The notes under the pieces: generated by a model
What the model was told of the DNA's origin: nothing
The model's input: only the letters and a program-made list of their open reading frames with translations
The model's database searches: none
Translations under genes and position numbers: made by a program
Shown: piece after piece, positions 36,956-49,425 of the stretch
Layout: each line of letters opens with the position of its first letter
Position numbering within the stretch: position 1 is the stretch's first letter
Assembly: GCF_006345805.1 (NCBI RefSeq)
Contig: NC_043013.1
Span: 28,086,001 to 28,150,000, forward strand
Reading direction: 5' to 3'
Origin: Octopus sinensis
Lineage: Eukaryota
Length of the DNA stretch: 64,000 bases

Positions 36956-38093
36956 CAGACTTGTTGGCTGGTTTTTATTTATCTATTTGACTACTAATTT
37001 ATCAATTTATCCATTTTATTTCTGAAAGAAGTACAAATAACAAACCAGGATTGGCTCAGGTGATTGTCGATTCTTCACTACACAACTGAAGGGGCTTGAT
37101 AAAATACTTTATTACGGAAAGTTCTGAGAGGAAGATGGAAATTTGGAGAACATGGTAAGGCACGAGATAAATCCCTTACAAGAACAACTTTTCTGTTTTT
37201 GACTGTTAATAAAATAGAAGTCATGTATTCTGTTCAATACCATTTGCTGACTCTACCGATTCTCTACATATTGTGCCAATGTAGCAAATGACAATTTGAT
37301 TAAAACAGAACTCTAAAACAGAAATCTAAAAGAAATGTGAAAAGAAAGACAGAAAGAAAGAAAAATATTGAAGTAAAGCAATTTCTGAGTATTACTTAAT
37401 AGAAAAAGGTCAAATTTAAATGGTTTATCAGAAGTCAGCTCAAGTAAATAACTTACGCACAAAAATATTTGATTTTTCAATTGGCTGCAAATGATTCACA
37501 AAATTACTTTGTATTGACATTGTGTGTATGCGTGTATGAGTCTTTATGTGTGTGTGTGTTTGAGTGTGTGTGTGAAATCTCACTGCACATCTGTCGGTGT
37601 ATATGCTTGCATATCATTGTGAATATGAATTTAGGTGTGTGTGTGTGTGTGTGTGTGTGATAACACCAGCATATATAACTGTCTCTGTGTGTAAGTATAC
37701 ATCATGAATGATGCATCTGTGTATGAGTGTAAGAGATTATGTGTAGGTGTATGCTTCAAGGAAAAATGTATATCGTAATAATAATAATAATAAGCAAAAA
37801 TAAATGAAATAAAATAAAACGAGACATAGAAATACACAAGTAATATAGTTGAAGCTATTAATCTTAGCAGAGGCTGTCATGTTACTATTTTATCACAATA
37901 AACTTAACCAAGGCAAATCTGGAATGTAAAATAACTACTTGAAACTCTTTATAGAGAGAATTTCTATAAAATCACCATCTATTTACATTACTCAAGTTTT
38001 TCTCCTAACCTTATTCAACTGAATTTGTCAATGCAAACTACCATTAATATCTTCAAATTCTTCTGTTGAACATTATTTAGTAGTTAGATCACT

Positions 38094-38333
38094 TTAACTC
38101 TTTAGCATTTAAACTGTCCAAATCCAGCCAAAACTTTCTACCTTGTTTCATGTTTCATATTCAAACAGGTCAGACCCAGCCTCTCACACCTACATAACAA
38201 TGTCATTGTAAAAACAGACAATCACATCATTAAAATCTTGAAGTTACAAGATAATAATGCATGCTTCATTCAAAGCAAAGTGATAAATAGGAACATTACA
38301 TTTGGCAGAGTAATCTGAATGCTGGAGGGTTAA
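38094..38333. mobile_element. piggyBac-like MITE, second family
   Basis: TTAActctttagcattt..tctgaatgctggagggTTAA: degenerate TIR with TTAA at both ends; TIR resembles 35662. Confidence 0.7.
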
Positions 38334-38339
38334 GGCAAA

Positions 38340-38660
38340 GAATGGTCAAATTGCTTAAGAAACGTGCTTCACAACCAGATCTTGGGTTTGGCTTCACAGC
38401 ATGACATCTTGGACAAATGTCATTTCTATAATTTTGAGTTGGCTAATATCTTGTAATGGAAATTGTAAGGAAGCCTCTATCAAGTGGACAGTACTTGTAA
38501 TTCAAAAGGTATTGTCTTGAGAAACAGTGTTATGCAGATCCAGCCTGAATATCATATTAAGAGTACACATGTCTGTGGAATATTCAGCCACCCATGCATT
38601 AATTCAGGAAGAGATAATTTGACTGAATGAACTGCGAATCCTCACATTGCATGATGGAGA
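38340..38660 (+). mobile_element. Family A-like head with a third type of tail, old
   Basis: cttcacaacc..gacatcttggacaaatgtc..aggaagcc head remnant, then gtacttgtaattcaaaagg..ggaatattcagccac tail. Confidence 0.5.
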
Positions 38661-40136
38661 TCCGTCACCAAATCATTTTTATTTCATTTTAGTTTGTCTT
38701 CCATTTGAGATATTTTGATAAAAATCTATAAAGTCATTCTCAGAAATTATTGTACTTCCAATTTTTTTTTCTCTTTTTGTAATCAAATACTGAACTGCTA
38801 GACTAGTACAGGTTCACAAATTTGTAGTGAATGGGTATAGTGAATTGTTATTGAGTTGAATATAAATCTATTTAATGTTTGGATAAACCCAGTCTGTTCC
38901 ATTTGAGTGAGTTAAGTAAACAGAGGTAGATTATTAAATAAAATGCCAATTTAAACTTTCGACTTGTGGCCATCATCTTTATTCTGGAGGGTCTGTTGTT
39001 GTGAGCTTTAAAACATGTGTTCTACATTCTGGATATAACAGAGAGCTTGTTGAAGGAAGTGGGTATTGTGTTGAATGCTTATATAACTATATACAAGCAA
39101 CTTCATTGACTATTTATTACTGCATTCTATGAGTAGTTAGTACCCCATAAAACAAAAGCTGTCCTCATTGCAACAGTAAGTATGAGAATAGTCAAAAAAC
39201 TAAAGACAAACAACAAGAACTTGTGAATACAATCTTAACATTCCTGGGAATTGTAGACTGCAAAAGAAAGATATTTTTCTTTAGAGTATTTAAAATTTTT
39301 ACTTTGAGATCTGGAAAATGAAAATAATCTATTACGTCTTAAAAGAAACGAGATAAGATGATAAAGACACGCTACAGGTGCAATGTGAATGAAAAGAGAA
39401 TAAGTTCAACAGAAGTGAAGACGTTGATGACAGTTTGAAAGAAGTGTTCGTCTGGTTAATCAATATTGTACAATATATTACAATGTAAAACCAATATCTG
39501 CAAAGACAAACTGCAGAATGTGGTATTTTACTAAGAAACACTATGTCGTCCTTATTAATTAGGTCGGTCTCAACAAGTATTAATTAGCAATGTGTGTTAT
39601 TTGGAGATGAATGAGAAATAATCAAATAACATCAATGGATAAACATTAGCCAATCAATCTGATGTAGATATAAAGAACTAAATAAACCTGGATATGAAAT
39701 AACGCATATTGACCAATGAACTAATCAATTAAAGAGATGAAGAATATGTCCAAATATAAAGATTTTTAGATAAAAACAAAAGCAACTATACAGAGCATAA
39801 AGGTAATAATTATCTTTTTATTAGCCAGAGTTCTGAGATGGTAGGTGATGTAAATTGAAGTGGATCCGCAAACAAGAGTTTGTCAATAAGTTAAACTGGT
39901 GTGAGGAACAAAAATTCTAATTGCCTTCATTAGATTAATTATTGCTAACAATTACCAATTTCCTTGGATTTTAGACATTACCCTTGTAATCAAACACCTA
40001 CTGCAACCTTCATTAACTGCCAAAATAAGTGAAATAAACAATGAACAATATAAGTTTTCAACTACCTTCTCTTTCATTAGAAAGTAGAGCATACAAAAAA
40101 AACTAAGAAATTAATATATATATAATTACAAAAACT

Positions 40137-40358
40137 GGTGATGGTGCCACATAAACGGCACCTATGCTGCTGCCACATACTAAGCACCCAATACATTCTG
40201 TAAAGTTGTTGGCATTAGCAAGGGCATCCAGTCATAGAAATCATGCCAAAATTGACAACTGGGGCCTGGTACAGCCCTCCATCTTGTCAGCTCCTCTCAA
40301 ACTGTCTAACCCATGCCAGCATGGAAAACAGATGTTAAATAATGATGATGATGATGAC
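40137..40358 (+). mobile_element. Family C retroposon
   Basis: gttggcattagcaagggcatccag..aacccatgccagcatggaaaacag..gatgatgatgac. Confidence 0.8.
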
Positions 40359-40580
40359 ATATTTAAACAAGGACATTAATCAAGGTTGATGACCTTAATT
40401 TGATATTGTACTTTAAAACAAAGTTAAACACAATGTAAAAGATAAAAAACCAATGATCTTATCTGATTTTAGCCCAAGACAATTTGAAAGATGGTTGTAA
40501 GTCAATTACATCTATGTGTGTACTTGTCAGGTACTTTATACTTAGTGGTTTGGCAAGAGAGCCTGACAGAATAAGTAACT

Positions 40581-40842
40581 CATCATCATCATCATCATCG
40601 TCTAACGTCCGTTTTCCATGCTAGCATGGGTTGGACGGTTCAACTGGGGTCTGGAAGCCAGGAGGCTGCGCCAGGCCCAGTCTGATCTGGCAGTGTTTCT
40701 ACAGCTGGATGCCCTTCCTAACGCCAACCACTCCGAGAGTGTAGTGGGTGCTTTTTATGTGCCACCTGCACAGGTGCCAGACGAGGCTGGCAACGGCCAC
40801 AATCGGATGGTGCTTTTTACGTGCCACCGGCACGGAGGCCAG
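40581..40842 (-). mobile_element. Young family C copy inserted into a family A tail (host 40535-40580 and 40843-40935)
   Basis: Host gaataagtaact|..|gcttaacaaaag is collinear with the A tail gaataagtactaggcttacaaag at about 62900. Confidence 0.85.
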
Positions 40843-41500
40843 CTTAACAAAAGAAAAAAAAGCACTGGAGTCAATTTGTTAGGCTAAACCCTTCAAGGGG
40901 ACACAGTCCCATGACTGAAATAAGTTAAAGACATACAGATGTTTATCTTTCTACATACAGGTGCTCCTTAACTTTATGAGTTAATTCATTTCCAATTATC
41001 ACTCATTAAATTGAGAACTTGTTAACTGAGTGTAATGGCACTAGGCAAAAAAAATTTGAAATTGCTAATTCCTTAGCAGAAACTGATTTTTGGCTTAGCT
41101 GGCAAACATATTCATTTTCTTAGATGCTGTTTTTGGACAACACTGAGTTTCATGCAAATTTTTTTTTAATTACACTAATTTTTTTTGTTTTTGTTTTAAA
41201 TTTTTCCCACACAGAATTCTCATGGATATATCAACTCATAAATCAAAAACTTAGAAAGCAAGAACTGCAGCAGTTACTTGCAAGTAAGTATGACCAGGTA
41301 TCATGTATCCAGCTTTTGTTAACTGTTTTAAGTGTCCATATCGTCACCTCTCTCAGCTTTCCTGCCCTTGAGTCAGTGAAGTAACCAGAATATGGCAGCT
41401 GAAAGGAAGGAGGAGAAAGTGTGCACAGATACTAGACTGGTATTCGTTTTTTAGGTCAATTAAGTGAAGGAATGTGGAATGAAGGGCCTTGTCGAGAAAT

Positions 41501-41654
41501 CAAACACATGACTCTAACATGTTCAGTCTAGGAGTCAAACACATGACTCTAACATGTTCAGTCTAGGAGTCAAACACATGACTCTAACATGTTCAGCTCA
41601 GGAATGAAACACATGACTCTAACATGTTCAGCTCAGGAATCAAACACATGACTC
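41501..41654. repeat. 35-bp minisatellite, about 4.4 copies
   Basis: Unit caaacacatgactctaacatgttcagtctaggagt starts at 41501, 41536, 41571, 41606 and 41641. Confidence 0.95.
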
Positions 41655-42442
41655 CTCTGCCCTAACATCATGCACCCAACACTGTTACTGCTAATCCACA
41701 CACCTTCACAAAGGACTACCAACACGTCTGTATATACATGCACACATATAGATATATACACAAGCATAAATTCACACACACACACACACACACACACATA
41801 TGTACTCATGCACATGTTATGTATGTGTGTGTATGCATGTTTTATTGCTTTCAATCATTAGGTTACAGCCATGCTGTGGCACCATTTTGAAGAGTTTTGT
41901 CAAACAAATCAATCCTGGCATTTATTATTTTTTTAGTGTGATACTTATTCTATCAATCTCTTTTGCAAAAACTGCTAGGTCACAAGGACATAAACAAACC
42001 AACACCATTCGTTGAGTCAGGGATAGTGGGGCAACACACACGCACACGCACAGAAACACACGTGGCTGGCAAGTAAACTTCTAAGCTATATAGCCACATT
42101 TGCACCTATATCTATATATGTATGTATACCATCTGCGTCATGTTTTCTAAGAAATCATTTATTTATTATTTCAGTGTTGTACTTGGTTTTAACGAGGGAT
42201 TCGAGCAGAGGTCAAATGCTGAAACAGAGACAACTGCATCATGGGAGGAGTTCTGTTAGCTATTTAAAACACACACACACACACACACACACATGTTGCT
42301 CTATTCGTGCTATATTTAAGTGGTGTATATGATAGCTATTTAAAACACACACATGCTATTATATTCATGTTGTATTTAAATAATGGTTATCCTAAATGAC
42401 GCTTACCACGAATAGTGCAAGTGTTTCCAATATTTATTTTAT

Positions 42443-42822
42443 TTACTCTTTTATTTGTTTCAGTCATTTGACTGTGGCCATGCTGGAGCACCGCATTTAG
42501 TCCGACAAACTGACCCCAGAACTTATTCTTTGTAAGCATAGTACTTATTCTGTCGGTCCATTTTGCTGAACTGCTAAGTTACTGGGATGTAGACACATCA
42601 ACATCGGTTGTCAAGCGATGTTGGGGGTACTAACACAGACATATACATATATATATAAATATGATGGGCTTCTTTCAGTTTCCGCCTACCAAACCCACTC
42701 ACAAAGCTTTGGTCAGCCCGAGGCTAAAGTAGAAGACACTTGCCCAAGGTGCCACACAGTGGGACTGAACCCAGAACCATATGGCTGGGAAGCAAGCTAT
42801 TTACCACACAGCCACTTCTCTG
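42443..42822 (-). mobile_element. Family A SINE, full length, low divergence
   Basis: Reverse-complement match to 62609-63002 along its length. Confidence 0.9.
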
Positions 42823-42876
42823 AATGTAAATTTAGAGCTGTGAGAGACACCAAATGAAACAATAACAGCTTTTTAT

Positions 42877-43037
42877 TGCTTTGCCTTTCCCTTCGATAAC
42901 ACTGGTGGCGTGGAGAGGAGAGGCCGGTATGCATGGGCGACGGCTGGTCTTCCATAAACAACCTTGCCCAGACCTGTGCCACGGAGGGTAACTGTCTAGG
43001 TGCAATCCCATGGTCATTCATGATCGAAGGGGGTCTC
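42877..43037 (+). mobile_element. Family D SINE 3' half, CpG-rich
   Basis: gcctttcccttcgataac..ggtcattcatgatcgaagggggtc. Confidence 0.85.
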
Positions 43038-43840
43038 AGCAATTTTAAAATTGCCCTTTGGTTACTATTTTTACAACCACTACTACCACCACTGCAACTG
43101 CTACCACCACTGCTATCACCTCCTCTACCACTACCACCATTGCAATTGCCACCACGATCACCACCACTACAGTGGTGTCATTATTACTGTCATCATTGTT
43201 GTCATCAGTCAGACCAATAAAAATTACCAAAGCCATTGAGGAAACCTCAACTTTACATGGGTCACTCAACTTGCTAGAAACAGTAGCCAAATCTCACTCA
43301 AATCTCACCACCCAACCATCTTAAAATAAAATAAAGAAGGACACATTAGATAATGTAATCCTAGATAAACCTAAAATAAAAACAGCAAATAAAAAAAAGC
43401 AGTAACAAAATAGAAATAAAAAGGCAGCAATCCTGGCTAGATTGCCTTTGATCATAAATTTACTGGATCAAGTGAGAGGAGGGCAGGGCCAACCTGGAGC
43501 AATAATTTTTCTCATCACCTTTGCCAGCATCATCGACATCATCACTAACATCATTATCATATTCTTTAATTCAATTGCCCATGTCTTTCCTCAACATTTC
43601 TACCAGTCTTTTCTCTCTTTTTTTCTATCAAATTTCCATCCATTTACCAAAAATTAAAGCTAAAACATTAAGGCTTTAACGAAAGGGCTCTGCTATCACA
43701 TGTGAATTTTTTTTTCTTTTAATAATATTTAGTTTCACAGTTCATAGATTAACTGTAAGATTTCATTTCCCCAGATTTTTTTTTCTTTTTAGATATTTTT
43801 TTTGCTTCTTTCTTTCTCTCTCTCTTTATTTTATTTGTCT

Positions 43841-43879
<39 letters not shown>

Positions 43880-44095
43880 TTTGTTCATTTATAGTTTTTG
43901 TAATATCTGCTGGTGCCAAGATTTTCATTTATAGAGAACCTTACCATTATTCAGAATTCTCGTTGCTTGCTACACTTGTAATTAGTACTATTACTGCCCC
44001 CCCACCTCCATCATCACCACCAACATCATTACAACCATCATCATCATCATTATTATTATTTACTATTATCATTATTATTACTCTTATTACTATTA

Positions 44096-44130
<35 letters not shown>

Positions 44131-44131
<1 letters not shown>

Positions 44132-44445
44132 CTTAGTTATTATCATAGGCTATGCTAGCCCCATTAATTATTTTTCATCTGTATGTTCCAGAAAGTCATT
44201 ATATTTCTCAAACATACTCTCAAAATGGACAAATGGCATCAACCCCCACTCTCTCTTTCTCCATCTCTCTCTCTCTAACCCACCATGTTGCAATACTTTC
44301 TATAGCCATTCCACTTTCTTGCTGATGGCAAAATTTATTAGCACATTTGCAGTTATGATTAAGATATTCGAGAAGAAATCCAAACCTATTATTACTATTA
44401 TTATTATTACTATCATCATTATCATCACCATTATTATTATTATTA

Positions 44446-44477
<32 letters not shown>

Positions 44478-44774
44478 CTTAGTTATTATCATAGGCTATG
44501 CTAGCCCCATTAATTATTTTTCATCTGTATGTTCCAGAAAGTCATTATATTTCTCAAACATACTCTCAAAATGGACAAATGGCATCAACCCCCACTCTCT
44601 CTTTCTCCATCTCTCTCTCTCTAACCCACCATGTTGCAATACTTTCTATAGCCATTCCACTTTCTTGCTGATGGCAAAATTTATTAGCACATTTGCAGTT
44701 ATGATTAAGATATTCGAGAAGAAATCCAAACCTATTATTACTATTATTATTATTACTATCATCATTATCATCAC

Positions 44775-44815
<41 letters not shown>
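44131..44815. repeat. Tandem duplication, period 346 bp, bounded by (ATT)n
   Basis: ccttagttattatcataggc begins at 44131 and 44477; the unique parts look identical by eye; twin ORFs at 44319 and 44665. Confidence 0.95.
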
Positions 44816-44816
<1 letters not shown>

Positions 44817-45158
44817 AAGAAGCAGTTATGATTATTCCTTTCCATTTCATATTACCATCTTGAATACAAAAAAAAAAGGAAAGAAAAGAAAGGCTCTTTG
44901 GCTCCTTTACCTGATCATGCAGTACCTGGATAAAATTTATAATCTTCTTAATAGTATGTTGTTGTTGTTTAGCTCCAGGTTATCCCCTGAGCAAAAACAC
45001 CCCTATAATCAAAGGTATTCCAGTCATGACCATCCCACTTCTCAATATCTTGAGAATTGCACAAATATGATCAGATTATCCAATATAGCTCTTGTTTTGT
45101 TTTTTTTGAAGAAAATACAATATGGTCTGAGGGAGAATTAGCTCTTATTTCTAGCAGT

Positions 45159-45386
45159 TTAACCCTTTCATTACTGTATTTATTTTGTGATGCTCTGTGT
45201 TTCTTTCAATTACTTTAAATATAACAAAGAATTTAGTAAAATAACTTAGTTTTCATTAAGCTGGTGTTAGGAACATAAATTGTGACTAAGGTTTGGTGGA
45301 AGATTTTAATTCAAAACTTATGAAAACAAGACATTTGTACTCAGAGCCAGAGCCGGTTTCAGCCGGGTTGGTAACGAAAGGGTTAA
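45159..45386. mobile_element. piggyBac-like MITE with intact TTAA duplication
   Basis: TTAA-ccctttcattac..gtaacgaaaggg-TTAA (11/12 TIR match); element 45163-45382. Confidence 0.85.
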
Positions 45387-45486
45387 GATAAGTACCAGAC
45401 ATTAATGAGGTCAACTCAACTGCAATTGTATCCTTGCAACTTTCTGGCTTTGCATCAATAAAGGAAATTATTATAATTGGATGCAA

Positions 45487-46006
45487 TACCAGGCACTCAT
45501 GGCTTCTGATCTTAACTGATTGGAAGTGTTATCATGTACATTATTTTGTCTTGGTATAAAAATTTGGGCTACAGAAAATATTCTTAGTACCATAGATTTG
45601 CTTGTCAGTTGCTTGACCTTAACCATTTGAGCATGTCCCTTGGTGGCTGACAATATGTGCATCTCTGACCATGAGCAGAAGTAGTGGGGGGAGCATCATA
45701 GCCATATGTGTTGAGAGGAATTCTTTGGGGTTTGAATAATTCACCTCTGAAAACATAGATGTTTTGTTCATCGTCCTTTTGAGCAGGATGAGCAACTCAA
45801 CCTGAAGAAAATTCTAACTGGGCCCCACCTGCAAAGTCATGTGCTGTTTATTTTGATATGAGACCACCGTGTTGTGCACATATGGTTTTGATGCATGTGC
45901 CTAGTATAACCTTAGACAGATAGTCATGATGGGTATACTGGGCTTCGTATATTTTACCCCAGTATCACTTTGATAGCATGTGCTGCTCTCTCACTCAATA
46001 ATGATG

Positions 46007-46100
<94 letters not shown>
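45487..46100 (+). mobile_element. Family E repeat, uninterrupted, ending in about 30 AAT units (probable non-LTR 3' end)
   Basis: Homologous to 29256-29553 plus 30331-30510; ends gctctctcactc(aat)n. Confidence 0.75.
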
Positions 46101-46101
<1 letters not shown>

Positions 46102-46124
46102 GATATTACCATTATCAATCATCA

Positions 46125-46161
<37 letters not shown>

Positions 46162-46217
46162 TATTATTATAGTGTGTGTGTATGAGAGAGAGAGAGAGAA
46201 AGAGAGAGATATATATG

Positions 46218-46590
46218 TGGTACGCTGGCAGAAGTGTTAGCATGCCAGACAAGATGCATAACATCATATCATTCATCTTTATGCTCTGGGTTCAAATTCT
46301 GCTGAGATCAGCTTTGCCTTTTTCCTTTTGGGAGTCAGAGAAGTAAGTACAAGTGAGCATTGGGATCAATGCAATAGACTTGACCCTTCCCCTAAAAATT
46401 TCACGATTTGTGCCTATCATAGAAAAAGACTATTATTGTAGCATTTCTTCCAGTGTTATATTCTGAGTTCAAATACCACTGGAGCCAACTCTGCTCCTCA
46501 TCCTTTAAGGGTCAATGAAATAAGTACCATTTGGATGCCTGGGTTGATGTTATTGGTCAACCCTCTCCCTCCAGACTTTATGCCAATAAT
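46218..46590 (+). mobile_element. Two tandem family B SINE copies
   Basis: gggttcaaattctgctgag at about 46288 and gagttcaaatacc at about 46466, each followed by the catcctt..ggggtc core. Confidence 0.75.
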
Positions 46591-46619
46591 ATAAAGAATT
46601 ATTGTTATTATTATTGTTT

Positions 46620-46950
46620 TACTTTTTAGATCACTTGGTTTGTTCTGGTTGATTCTGTGAGAGCAGACAGCAGCCTGCAGTCAGAGGTCTCACAGGGTCT
46701 CTTTCTGCACATTATAAGCTTTCATACTTGGTTGTTAATTATCGTGGGAGACATTCAACACCAAAGTACCAATCCCAAAATCCTAGCTGTCCCCAGCAGT
46801 GCAGTTTTGGGGGCTTGCTCTGCTCTCATGTCAATTCTCTGAAGTATTTCTCGAACTTAATTGTTAGTGCTCCAAACGCCCCTACAACTACTGACAGACA
46901 CTCTCCTCATAGTCAACATTCTTGCAATTTTGTCTTTTAGCAGTCTATAT
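46620..46950 (-). mobile_element. 5'-truncated Dong/R4-clade LINE 3' end, flanked by (TAA)n on both sides
   Basis: Minus strand with frameshifts: YRLLKDKIARMLTMRRV..VVVGAFGALTIKFEKYFRE..IDMRAEQAPKTALLGTARILGLVLWC*, the K.ALLGTARIL C-terminal signature. Confidence 0.85.
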
Positions 46951-47509
46951 CATCATTATTATTATTATTATTATTATTAAGCATGGGTCCTGCCAATACA
47001 TATTTTACTTGAGCTCCTGTTATTGGATTATATTATGTTCATTTATTTTTCAAAAGCTCGTTGGTTGTGTATGTGTTGTATCTTACAGGATCATTACAAA
47101 AAGAGGAATGAAACCTGCTTTCAATACTTTTTCTGGTTTATTTAGATAAAAATGAAAAGAATTTTTAATATGTTTTGTATTGGGGTAGCAGAAAGAGGTG
47201 TTCGACACAGTGGTGGCAACACCAAAATAAACAAATACACTCAACTCCATGTAAAGCAAAAAATATTAGCATGTAACTTCACACAGTGAGCACAATTGTT
47301 ACAAGGGAGATAATCAATTCTCCATAATATTTGGTGGGATTAGAAATTTGAATTTAAAATTAAGGAATTATAAGGAAAAAGATGCATAGAATTCACATAT
47401 TTTCTATTGTATTTATTTATTATCAAAAGACATTCAAAGAGAGAGTATTGGTGAAGACCCAAGAAGTTAATTAGAATCACCTGAAACTAACCAATCCATC
47501 ACAAGATTC

Positions 47510-47945
47510 AGTTCTTGTTGTGGTGTGTTGGACTCTGTGCTTCAATGATATGGAGAAACAAGCTAGTGGTGCACATGCTCCTAGTAGGGCCTCCTATGTT
47601 GGACAGGTCAAAGGACAGAAGTCAGACTATGAACCATCTCTTTCCAGAGGTCAAAGTGGGTTTGCATAGGGCCAACATCCCTACCCAGAAAAATGCAAAA
47701 TTCCAGAAGCATCAATGACAATTCAAAGCCTACAAAACCTAGGAGAGAAAGACCTTCCCTCAGGGAAAGGCAGAGCTGAAAAAGCAGGGATCTAATTGGA
47801 GAGAAGCAGAAAAAAACAACAACCCAGAATCGAGAACAGCAAAGACTGGAAGGCTTAAGTAAAATAGCCTATGCAGAAGTCATGGGTACCGTATGTCACA
47901 TCCAACCCCAAAAATGCTTATGGGCACCAAGTTACAATATAAGTA
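47510..47945 (+). mobile_element. Internally deleted RTE-clade element (5' UTR joined to ORF C-terminus)
   Basis: gctcctagtagggcctcctatgttggacaggtcaaagg..ccagact resembles RTE 5' UTRs; about 47770-47830 reads KAELKKQGSNWREAEK, like RTE C-terminal ELK..G.TW.EA...AQNR. Confidence 0.5.
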
Positions 47946-49142
47946 AAAGCATATGAACAGAGAAAAGAAGAGCAAAGAATATGTGGAGGAACCCATCTCC
48001 ATGATACTAAATTGAAGTTCACAACAGTTCTTTACAAAAACAAATGAAGATAAGATAGCGCTATCAAATGAACTGAAAGTAATGGAAGGAAGATAGGTTC
48101 TGATTCCATGGAAGACCCAAAATATAGACTACTAATGATAACCACACTAGTAGTCTATGAACAACTAATGTGCGACAGTTGGTGGTTTCTTGTTTTGTCT
48201 GACATCAAAAATATGTGTGAGCATCTTCAGGAATAGAAATTGCAAAATGTGGCAGGAGGCTTATATTATAAGGTGTTACACCCTACTCTAGCTGGTGGGT
48301 TCCCACCTACATGTGGGTAGATTACACTCATTGTTCCTTCTTGTTTTTTTTTTTTGTCTGCTTGATTGTTTTTTGCAATTATACCATTTTTATCAAATCC
48401 AATTGCCTCCTGTGTAACATCTGACACTCCCCTTATCTGTATATGCCTTTGTTTGTCAATTCCTACATGTTAGTAACGTGTATGTCTGTTTTCTTTTCTA
48501 TTGTATGTATGACTGGGCCCTTATTGCCAAACAAAGAAATAATTATTATTTTTATTGTTGTTGTTTTAATGCATTGTCTCCTCCCGCCCCACCCCACCCC
48601 TTATCATTCCCCTTTCAGCTCATAATGAAAACACATCACTTGCTATTCATTTTTTTTTTTTTGTCATGCACAGTACAGTACATTATTACATAAAGACACA
48701 GGTTGGGAGGGGTTACGACCAGAATATTTCAGACTGTGTATGTAATAAACAAATAAAAACAAAACAGAAACAAACACAAAACTATCAACAGTAAAACAGC
48801 CAACAGAATAATGTCTTTTGATCTTGTTATCAATGAGACAATGCTTTATGATGGATGTGAGCAGTGCCACGAAGAACAAGCAATCTTTTGTATTCCATGA
48901 TATTTGAGATTACCAGATTTCTTGTTTTCGACATACTAGTGATCACTACTTCCTTTTTTTAGTAACCCATATGCACCAATTACTACCAAATTGGTACCAT
49001 TTTCATCTATTTCCATATCTTCATGCTTGGTTAATTCTGTGCAAAAACCCTTCGAATAAGAAGACATTGTTGTCTGAATGTGACAATGCCTCTTCATAAA
49101 ACCTCATCATCATCATCTTTATTATTACTGTTGTTGTTGTTA

Positions 49143-49201
<59 letters not shown>

Positions 49202-49206
49202 TTTAT

Positions 49207-49425
49207 AGAGACAGCAAACTGGCAGAATCATTAGCATGCTGGGTAAAATGCTTAGTAGTATTTCATCCATCATTATGTTCTGAGCTCAAATTCTACCAAG
49301 GTTGACTTTGCCTCTCATCCTTTCAGGGTCAATAAAATAGGTGCCACCTGAGTACTGGGGTCGATGTAATCGACTTAGCCCCATCTCTAAAATTGGTGGT
49401 CTTGTGCCAAAATTTGAACCCGTTA
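49207..49425 (+). mobile_element. Family B SINE
   Basis: aactggcagaatcattagcatgc head, gttgactttgcctctcatcctttcagggtcaataaa core. Confidence 0.85.

Noticed and set aside
39330-39560. Possible pogo/CENP-B HTH remnant (EDVDDSLKEVFVWL)
   Set aside because: Similarity too weak, and key HTH residues are absent.
41501-41654. CRISPR-like 35-bp repeats
   Set aside because: The units are directly adjacent with no unique spacers, there are no cas genes and the context is eukaryotic.
44319-45141. Duplicated gene pair MLMAKFISTFAVMIKIFEKKSKPII
   Set aside because: A by-product of the 346-bp tandem duplication running into (ATT)n.
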